From an uncultured Verrucomicrobiae bacterium (GTDB taxonomy: Bacteria > Verrucomicrobiota > Verrucomicrobiia > Chthoniobacterales > Chthoniobacteraceae), in assembly GCA_963769025.1 (NCBI GenBank), contig CAVYKI010000006.1, forward strand, positions 64,001 through 128,000: a stretch of 64,000 nucleotides of DNA, written 5' to 3'. The number at the start of each line of letters is the position of its first letter. Within the stretch, counting starts at the first letter, position 1. This document shows, in pieces, positions 55,911 to 64,000 of this stretch. The position numbers and the translations under genes were made by a program. The notes beneath the pieces were generated by a model. It was not told where the DNA came from. It did no database searches and was given only the letters and a program-made list of their open reading frames with translations.

Positions 55911-56678
55911 TCACCAGCCTTCCTGCTTGAGGTAGGAGGATTTGATGATCCCGATGTTCGCGGACCGGCATCCGCGGATCCTGGCTGCCGGGCTGCATGT
56001 CGCGCATCCATGCTCAGCGGGCGGACGCTGCCGTCGAGGAACGCTGCCAGTGCATCGCGTCCATGCCGGAAATGCATGGTCTTCTGCGTCGGATCGAGCA
56101 GGTAGAACTCCTCGACCATCGGCTTCTTCGCCGACGCGGGCGCCTGGAAGGTGTTCACCTGCGCACAGGTGGCGAAGACGATCATCTGCGCCGGATCCTC
56201 GACGCTAAGCGAATTGCGCGGCGCTCCCGGTGGAATCGGCGACCAGCGCGACGTTGTAGCCGTAGCCGTAGTTTCCGTTTTGGTAATTCGGCTTCAGCCG
56301 CGGGCTTGAACGCCAAGGAAGGCGGGGTCGGTCTTGACGCCACCCGACGCGCTTCGCGTTCCGCCCGAGCGGTCCCCTCGAATAATCGCAGGTTCGTTTT
56401 CCCTCGGCCATTTTCGACGAGGCGGTCGTCTCGAAACCAAACCACCACTGCATCCACCGTCTGGCTCCACGCCCTGCCGATACGGCCAGGGAAGGTGCCT
56501 GTCGTGGTCCTTGAGGTAGAGGTGCCCCGCCACCATCAACTGGCTGAGCGAATGCGCGCTGATGGCCCGTGCGCTGGCCATCTTTGCGCGCGATGACACG
56601 GCCATCGATCAGCGCGCTGAGGATGGCAATGATTGCCACCACCACGAGCAGTTCGATGAGTGTGAAGGCCTTCTTCAC
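55911..56678 (-). CDS. Prepilin-type N-methylation domain protein with H-X9-DG motif (DUF1559-like), indels
   Basis: KKA|FTLIELLVVVAIIAILSAL; YGYGYN; HFRHGRDALAAFLDGSV; ends YLKQEGW*. Confidence 0.88.
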
Positions 56679-56690
56679 GGCAGCGCGATT

Positions 56691-57638
56691 CTAGACGCGC
56701 CGCCTCCTGACGAAAGCGAGCACCCCGCCTCCGGTGAGAAGCAGCAGCGCAGTCGTCGGCTCCGGTACCCAGTAGCGTGACGCCGATCTGATGAATGGTC
56801 ATGTCGCCGATGAGCGCGGGCGTGGACGGGTAAAAGGAATTGTAGCCATCCGCGTAGGCCATGATCGCGAGCGAATCCACGGCGAAGCTCGGACTGATGA
56901 ATGACAAATCCAGCGCAGGCAGGCCGGTGTCCAGAAAGGCCAGCGACGAATCCTGCAGGGTGAGAGTCAGCAGCTCGGTCGCCGCCGTGTAATTCAGTGT
57001 CGCGATGAGCAACGTGGCCTGCGGCAGCTGATCGATGGCCTGCATTCCATCAGCGAGATCGGAGTCATTGCCATACGACGCCGCGAAATTGCCGAATGCA
57101 TCGCCGCGGCGATCTGCGCGCCGAATACCGAGGGCGTCAGGGCCGTCCGAAGTCGTACGTCGGCGACAGATTTGGGTAGTAGCTGAACTCGACCGTGCTG
57201 AACACGTTGGATGAGCCGGGTGCCGGATAGAATGGATCACTCGGGCAAGCCCGGTGCGATTCCCCCCCGTGACCGAATGATTCACGAGGCCGAACGCGAA
57301 CCTGCATGAACTCGTTGTCCGGGGCGCTTTGCGTGACGTTGGTGAAGCTGAAGCGGGCCGTGAGTGTGAATTCATCCGTGCTGGTCGTCGCGCTGGCCGG
57401 AATCGGCAAATCCAGGGCGGACCGTCGGCTTTGAGGACATCCACATGCACGCGCAGGGTGCTCTTTCCGGTTAATCCCACACAAACTGACCGTTCGAGTT
57501 ATCGCCCGCCCCGAACGTCCAGCCATTGGTTGAACGGGTCGGTCGAGAAGTCCGAGACCACATTGATGGCTGTCGAGACGCGCAGCCAACGCAAGCGTGA
57601 GGACGCCGGCACCGGCCAGGATTAGTTTTCTTTTTCAT
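56691..57638 (-). CDS. PEP-CTERM sorting-domain surface protein (indels)
   Basis: C-terminus VPEPTTALLLLTGGGVLAFVRRRRV*; ATG at 57638 followed by a basic N-terminus. Confidence 0.88.
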
Positions 57639-57714
57639 GGTTGGTCTCTGTTGGTTGAGAGAGACCAGGACACGACACGGCGCAGAGCGCGCCGCGGCGA
57701 GCAGACTGATCCCT

Positions 57715-57955
57715 CATTCTTCTTTTTTGCGAAGAAGTTTTGCCGCGCGCATCCGCACACGCGGCGGCGCGAATGAGAGCGGATCGGGGAAATGTTCTGG
57801 CTCCTGGCTTGCGGCACCGCCCGGCTTTCGCCCGCCAACCTTCTCCCCGCCTTCACCTCCGCTGTCGCGGAGATTGGCACATGGGGAGTCGTATCCAGTT
57901 ACAGCAGCGCAACTGCTTCCGATTTTCACGGAATTCCTTCCACCGATCCGCTAAC
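57715..57955 (-). promoter_or_regulatory. Cobalamin riboswitch (variant)
   Basis: Minus strand GGAA-TTCCG-TGAAAAT-CGGAA-GCAG-TTGCG-CTGC-TGTAA-CTGG...GCCAAT..GAAGGC...CCAG-GAGCCAGAACA-TTTCC; closing 10-bp stem; downstream hairpin loop complementary to L5. Confidence 0.85.
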
Positions 57956-58023
57956 GTTGAACTCGCAAAGAACTGAGCCCGCGTTGAACAGCCAGCGGCA
58001 GCGTGCGGCAAGCAAAATTTCGG

Positions 58024-58672
58024 TCAGCGTTTTTTTCCCCGCGCCGGCTTTTTCCCCGCGTCGCGTCGCGCTGGCCCGCAGGCGGTGAGTTGCGACACGA
58101 TGTCCTCCAGCGCCGCGAGGCCAAAGCTGATCTTTTTGAAGAACGACCGGTTGTGTGGGACGAGCACGAAACGCGGATGCCCCGACCATAGGACGCGCAG
58201 CCTGCGGTCCAGTGCCACGGCCTGCTCGGTGGTCTCGTTGCGAATCGGATTTCCGCCCTCGATGCTGGCGCCTCCGACCGCAGCGGACTCAAAAAAGATG
58301 ACGGCATCGTAGCGCGCCAGCTCGGCGTCGAGGGTCGTGCCGCTCGCCTTGAAGCCTTCCTTCCGTCGAGCCGGGCGGGAGTGGGCAGAGCCATCCACCG
58401 TGCCGCGGTCGCAGAGCAGGATGCGGTCGGGGTAGCGGGCTCCCTGCACGTCCTCCAGTCCGCGCTGCAGATGGAAGATCGCCATATCGCAGCGCGGGAC
58501 GCAGGCGCTGCGTGCCGGGAAAGCCACCGCTGAAAAGCAGCGTCGCCGCCTCGGGCACGAACACCACGCGCTCGCCGATCTCGCGCCGGAACAAATGGCC
58601 TGCGGTCGTCTTCCCCCCGCCGGGACCGCCGGTGAGGACGATGCGGCAGCGTCCATTTTGTGAAGGATTCAT
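58024..58672 (-). CDS. P-loop NTPase (AAA_28/NadR-like nucleotide kinase fold), indels
   Basis: RIVLTGGPGGGKTT, VPEAATLL, LLCDRGTVDG, RYDAVIFF, NPIRNE. Confidence 0.85.
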
Positions 58673-58729
58673 GCCGGAGGATAGCGTCCGCCGGCGATCC
58701 GCTGCGAGAAAACTCGCGCCGCGCCGCGG

Positions 58730-60363
58730 CTACTGCGGCTCCTTGTGCACGAGGCGGACGATCACGCTGTCGCCGGACCACGTCGGCGGATTCGCCTCGT
58801 CCCACATCTTGAACTGCGACCAGTAGGCATCCCACTCGCCGCGGCGGATCGTGCAGATCGCCGCGCCGTGCTCCTTCGAGGAACGCCCGCAGGCCGCCCG
58901 CCTTTCCGACTCCGTCCATTCCGGCGATCACCGGGATGTCGTGCTGCGTCCAGTTGAACGCCTTTTCCCTCGTCCCGATCACGACCATCGGCAGCCGCGT
59001 GTAAAAGTGGACGCCGCGGACTAGCACCTTGCCGGCGAGCATCGGTTCGTCTGGCCGGAGCTTTCGCATAGCGTCCGCGACCGGGCGCCCGGAGCTGAAC
59101 TCCTCCACCTTGTCCTGCGTGATTACCAGCGCGCCGATGATCAGCGCGGCAGTCGCCGTCGCATTGACGCCGATCCACACGGCGAATTTGCCACGCCAGA
59201 GCGCGACGAGCCCGACCGCCAGCAGGCCGGCAAACACGAGCGCCGGAGTCTGAAACGGCTGCGACTGCTTCACAAATGGTGCGGCGCAGCAGAGGCCGAT
59301 CTGCACGATGGCGAGCAACAGCACCACGACGCGCTCCTTCGTGTCGCGGAATCCCTTCGCCAAAAGATCGTCCAGCACCACGCCGATCAGCACCGCGACG
59401 GGGACGAACACGAAAAAGAAATACGATGGCAGCTTCGACTGCGCGCAGGTGAGGAAGACAAAGCTCGTGATCAGCCAGCTCCAGAAAAAGACGAGCCGCG
59501 GATCGTGGCGGATGCCGCGCGCAGCCCGCGAGAAGGCCATGGCGAGCGCCGGGATCCACGGCAGCGAACCGCCGATAAGGATGCCGAAATAATAATAGAA
59601 ATGGCGGTGTGCCTGATGCTCGGCACGGAGAAAGCGCCCGATGTTTTCATGCACGATGAAATGATGGAGGAAGCCCCAGCCGTGCTGAACCGTCATGACG
59701 ACGTACCAAGGAATGCCGATGGCGAGATACAGCGCGATCCCGATCCACACCGCGCGGCCGCGATACGGATGGGGCCGTTTCGTCACGAACGAAAATGCCC
59801 CGGCCGCCAGCAGCGTCACGATCAGCCCGAGCGGGCCTTTCGTGAGCATGGCGAGGCCGCCGAGGACAAAATGCAGGATGATCCATCTGGCCCGGTTCTT
59901 CTCATCATCCACAGCGAGCCAGTAGAAGAAGAGCGCGCCACCGATGAAGAGGGCCAGTGAGATGTCGGTGAGCATGAGTCGCGACATGATCGCGTACTCC
60001 AGGCCGCTCCCGAGCACGACTGCGGCCAGGCAGGCCGGCGCGCCGGTTGAAGACGCGCGTGACGAACCAGTATATGAGGAAGACGAGCAGCGTGGCCGGC
60101 AGCGCGGAAGGCACGCGTCCGGCCCATTCGCTGATGCCGAAAATTTTGAACGAAGCCGCGACGCACCAGTAATAGAAGATCGGCTTCTCGAACTGCGGCT
60201 CGCCGAAAATCTTTGGCGTCAGCCAGTCATTGCCCTCGACCATCTCCCGGGCTGTCACCGCGTAGAAAGGCTCGTCCGGGTCGATCAGCCCGATCCGCCC
60301 AAGCCCCGCCCAAAAAATCAGCAAACTCAAAACGAGGAGGAGGAGGAGATCGCGTGTTTTCAA
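58730..60363 (-). CDS. ArnT/GT39-like membrane glycosyltransferase (indels)
   Basis: LIDPDEPFYAVTAREM, FEKPIFYYW, LTKGPLG, SKLPSY. Confidence 0.9.
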
Positions 60364-60519
60364 ATTTTGTGGTGTGGCTAAGAGTGGAATATGGGCTTCG
60401 TCCGGAAACGGGCGGGAGGAGTCTCGTTTCAGGCGCTGCGCGTCAATGCGGAAACGCCCGTTCGCCGCAGCCGCGCCGCTCCACCGTGCATCCGGACGCT
60501 GGTGTGATCCGCTGAAAAA

Positions 60520-61896
60520 TTACGGCTGCTGTGCGAGCGTCCGTTCCAGCCACGATGCGGCGAACGCGATCTCCTCATCGGAAATGCAGAATGGCGGGGT
60601 GAAGCTGAGCACATTTGCAGACGGTGAATCCGCAAGGAGAATGATGCCGTCCTTCAGCGCGCGCTTAACGACGGAAAGCGCAAGACCGGTCGCCGGGACG
60701 TTGCTTCCGCCTTCCGTCAGTTCCATGCCGAGCATCAGGCCGACTCCACGAACGTCCGCGATACACGGCGAACGAATGGACTGCAGCGCGGTCTTGAATG
60801 ACCTGCCTCTCGCTCGGACCGCGCGTGCCATTTCCGGATCGCGATGCAGCGCGATCGATGCCAGGGCCATCGCACATCCAATCGGATTGCCTAGAAAGGT
60901 GCTGGTGTGCAGCGCTTCGCCGGAGGAAACCGGCCATGCATCCATCACGTCGCCGCGGCCCACGCATGCGCTGAGTGGAAAACCTCCGGTGAGCGCTTTT
61001 CCCAGGCAAATGATGTCCGGTGCAACTTCCGAATGCTCGCAGGCGAACAATTTCCCGGTGCGGTTGAATCCCGTGAGTATTTCATCCGCGATGAGCAGAA
61101 TCTTATGCTCGTCGCAGACCTGCCGCAGGAGCCGCAGGAAATCCCGGGGCGGCACGACGCAACCGCCCCGGCCTTGGATCGGTTCGACGAGGATGGCCCC
61201 GATTTCGCGCTGCCGGATGAGGGCATCGATTTCCCCGCGCAATTTTTCCAGGCACGTCGTGGAGCAATTGGGAAAATCGCGGCCATCGAGCCGGAAACCA
61301 GCGGTCACGTCGTACGGACAGCGGAAACATCCGGGATACGGGAGGAGCGCGGCGAAATCCCTGAGCTGCGCGCGAAAAGGCTCGCGGAAAAATTGAATGC
61401 CTCCCGCTGCCAGTGCGCCGAAGCCCAAGCCGTGATAGCCCCCGCGAAATGCAATGACGCCGGGTTTTCCCGAATGCAACAGCGAGGTCTTCAATGACGC
61501 CTCGACCGCTTCGAATCCGGAATTGCACAGGATGGTCTTCGCACCACCCGCCCCCCATCGCTCAAAGGTGATTGCACTCAATTGCTCACAGAGCTCCGCC
61601 TTCCATTCCGTAGGATGCACGTCACCCATGGCGTGCATCAATGCAGACGCCTGCGCTATGAGTGCGTCACGGATCTCCGGCCGCGTGTGACCGGTGGCCG
61701 CCACACCGAAGGCCGACGTGAGGTCCAGAAAGCGGTTGCCGTCCGCATCCCAGACATTCGCGCCCGATGCGCGCTCCCAGAAAATCGGCCAGTCTTCCGC
61801 GGTGAACGTGACATTCCGGGACTCAAAACGTCGGAGCTTCGCGGCAAGGGCGCGCGAACGGGGGCCGGGAATATCGCCTTGGATTTGTGGGAACAC
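60520..61896 (-). CDS. Class III PLP aminotransferase (4-aminobutyrate/ornithine aminotransferase-like)
   Basis: WDADGNRFLDL, NSGFEAVE, EPIQGRGG, IADEILTGFNRTG, LGKALTGG, TFLGNP. Confidence 0.92.
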   Translation of the reverse strand: MFPQIQGDIPGPRSRALAAKLRRFESRNVTFTAEDWPIFWERASGANVWDADGNRFLDLTSAFGVAATGHTRPEIRDALIAQASALMHAMGDVHPTEWKAELCEQLSAITFERWGAGGAKTILCNSGFEAVEASLKTSLLHSGKPGVIAFRGGYHGLGFGALAAGGIQFFREPFRAQLRDFAALLPYPGCFRCPYDVTAGFRLDGRDFPNCSTTCLEKLRGEIDALIRQREIGAILVEPIQGRGGCVVPPRDFLRLLRQVCDEHKILLIADEILTGFNRTGKLFACEHSEVAPDIICLGKALTGGFPLSACVGRGDVMDAWPVSSGEALHTSTFLGNPIGCAMALASIALHRDPEMARAVRARGRSFKTALQSIRSPCIADVRGVGLMLGMELTEGGSNVPATGLALSVVKRALKDGIILLADSPSANVLSFTPPFCISDEEIAFAASWLERTLAQQP

Positions 61897-62020
61897 GCCC
61901 TGCCTTTCGGCAAAATGCGTGCGAAACGGAAGCCCGAACCGCACGCGACGGAGAGATCGCGCTTGCCAGCTTGGAGCGCGCACCTAGTCTGCCTCGCCCA
62001 ACCTTGGTACCAAGCAACGC

Positions 62021-62485
62021 ATGACATTAGGCAATCTCCTTTCGAAAGAAACGATCCTCCCGGAGATGCAGTCGACCGAACGGTACGCGGCCATCGCGGA
62101 ACTCGTCTCGCTGCTAGTGGCGCATGGCCAGATTGCCGAGGCAGATCGAAAGGATGTGCTGGCCGCCCTTCGTCGGCGGGAGGAAACGATGAGCACCGGG
62201 ATCGGCTTTGGGATCGCGATTCCACATGCGTCGAGTGACAAGGTCACGAAGGTGGTCGCCGCCTTCGGACGGTCCTCGCAGGGAATCGAATTTGAGGCGT
62301 TGGACAATTCGCTGGTGAAGTTTGTAGTCCTTTTCGTGGTGCCAAAGGATCAGTTCCAAACGCACCTGCGGACGCTCGCTGCCATCGCAAAGTTTCTCAA
62401 TGACCGCTCGGTCCGCGAACGTCTCGCGACTGCGCCCACGGGACCGGACATCTTGGCGGTCTTTGAGAATAATCAGCCTGCGTAG
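62021..62485 (+). CDS. PTS IIA-domain protein (PtsN/Fru-type)
   Basis: REETMSTGIGFGIAIPHA; IEFEALD; HLRTLA. Confidence 0.92.
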   Translation: MTLGNLLSKETILPEMQSTERYAAIAELVSLLVAHGQIAEADRKDVLAALRRREETMSTGIGFGIAIPHASSDKVTKVVAAFGRSSQGIEFEALDNSLVKFVVLFVVPKDQFQTHLRTLAAIAKFLNDRSVRERLATAPTGPDILAVFENNQPA

Positions 62486-62568
62486 CTCCGGTGCGCGCTT
62501 CGCGGGAATGTGCCGTGCGGGACTGACGCCCAAGCCGCAGCGCAGCCCAGCGTCGCTTCCTTTTCTCC

Positions 62569-64000
62569 ATGGAAACCATCCAAAGCATTCTCGCTTCCCG
62601 GCTCATCGCCGCCGTGGGCGACACCGGCGGAACGGAAGTCACGGTCCAGCCGGCGACGGACGCCCGTTTCGGCGACTACCAATCCAACATTGCGATGCAG
62701 CTTGCCAAGGCACGTCGCGCAAATCCCCGGCAGGTAGCCGCGGAAATCCTGGAGCGGATCGCGGTCGAAGACATTTGCGAGACGCCGGAGATCGCGGGCG
62801 CGGGGTTCATCAATTTTCGCATGAAGCCAGCGATGCTTGCTGCGCACTTCATCGCGCTCAGCGCCGAAGAAAGGCTCGGCGTTCCCACCGTTCCGCAGCG
62901 TCGGATTGTCATCGATTTTTCTTCGCCGAATGTCGCGAAGCCGATGCATGTCGGGCATATTCGCAGCACTTTTCTGGGCGATGCCCTCGCGCGAATCGGC
63001 AGGTTCCTCGGTCATGTCGTGTTGACAGACAATCACATCGGGGACTGGGGTACACAATTTGGAATGCTCTGCCTGGCGTGGAAGACCCTGCTCGACAAGG
63101 ACGCACTCGCAGCAGACCCTATCGGAGAACTCGAACGCATCTACAAGGCACAGAATGAGCGCTGCAAATCCGACCCCGCGCAAATGGATGCGGCGCGCGG
63201 CGAACTTGTAAAGCTGCAGGCCGGCGATGCGGAAAATCTCTCCATCTGGCGTGAGATGATCCGGCTTTCGCAGGTGCAGTTCGACGCGATTTACTCGCGG
63301 CTCGGGATTCATTTCGATCGTCACGCTCGGCGAGTCATTTTACAATCCGTGGCTTAAGGAAACGGTCGCGGAAATCGTCTCGAAGGGAATTGCCCGCGAG
63401 AGCGACGGCGCATGGTGCGTCTTCAGCGATGGCACACTTGCGCAAAAGGACGATCCGTTTTTGATCAAGGACGAGAACGGCTGGAAGGATCCGCGCCCGC
63501 CCTCGTGCAGAAAGCCGATGGTGCTTCGAATTACACCACCACCGACCTAGCCACGATCGCCTACCGCATCCGCGAATTTTCGCCGGACGAAATCATCTAT
63601 GTGACCGACGGACGGCAGCAGCTTCACTTCCGGCAGTTCTTCGCCGTCTGGCGCCGCTGGCAGTCTGCGAGCAGCGTGAAGCTCTCGCACGTGTGGTTCG
63701 GCAGCATCCTCGGCGAGGACGGCAAACCATTCAAAACGCGCAGCGGCGACACGGTGAAGCTCGCCGATTTGCTCGATGAAGCGGAGGATCGCGCCGCAAA
63801 AGTGATCGCGGAAAAAAATCCTGAAATGCCCGAAGCCGAGCGTCGGAATATCGCGCGCATCATCGGCCTCGGCGCCGTGAAATACGCCGATCTGCTCCCG
63901 AACCGGCAGGGCGATTACGTTTTCTCGTGGGAGAAAATGCTCAGTTTCCAAGGCAACACCGCGCCGTATTTGCAAACGCCTATGTGCGCATCCGCTCGAT
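62569..64000 (+). CDS. argS: Arginine--tRNA ligase (partial, indels)
   Basis: FGDYQSN, DFSSPNVAKPMHVGHIRST, HIGDWGTQFG, YVTDGRQQLHF, KPFKTRSG, GNTAPYLQ. Confidence 0.96.

Noticed and set aside
54023..56185. 720-aa ORF suggesting a prepilin-kinase fusion
   Set aside because: An artefact of frame wandering through three separate genes, each with its own start and stop.
57951..60017. 688-aa ORF suggesting an ArnT-ATPase fusion
   Set aside because: ArnT ends at TAG 58730 after an indel, and the NTPase has its own ATG at 58672 in another frame.
61250..61345. Cys cluster (CFRCPY..CSTTC) in the aminotransferase as novel
   Set aside because: Similar PYCYRCP..C...C segments are common in class III aminotransferases.
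1..64000. Widespread frameshifts as mass pseudogenisation or programmed frameshifting
   Set aside because: They also hit essential genes (argS, holA, lnt), motifs stay intact on both sides and in-frame stops are rare. This fits long-read indel errors.

Overview
High-GC bacterial chromosomal window, probably Verrucomicrobiota (Chthoniobacterales/Spartobacteria-like). That placement is inferred from the gene content: a PSCyt/PSD1 protein, sulfatases, DUF1080, PEP-CTERM and A|FTLIE prepilin-like genes. Many genes, including essential ones such as argS and holA, are split by 1-bp indels. I read these as long-read consensus errors, so genes were reassembled by eye across frames and their boundaries are approximate. 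The window holds housekeeping genes (topB, thrC, holA, proBA, phosphosugar mutase, lnt, ptsN-like, argS) and two heavy-metal RND efflux operons, each led by a small Cys-rich gene. It also holds carbohydrate/sulfatase genes, a PAS hybrid kinase and a variable spot at about 36.4-39.6 kb. Highlights: (1) a variant cobalamin riboswitch with a covarying L5-L13 kissing loop, upstream of a PEP-CTERM plus prepilin-like gene pair rather than a known B12 transporter; (2) a degenerate 21-bp array preceding an internally duplicated helical protein with extreme C/A codon skew, followed by a decayed vapBC-like pair and a low-GC insert; (3) a TPR protein fused to a DnaK substrate-binding-like domain; (4) a Ser/Thr kinase-TM-C-type lectin receptor. 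No tRNA, rRNA, CRISPR, transposase or integrase was recognised.
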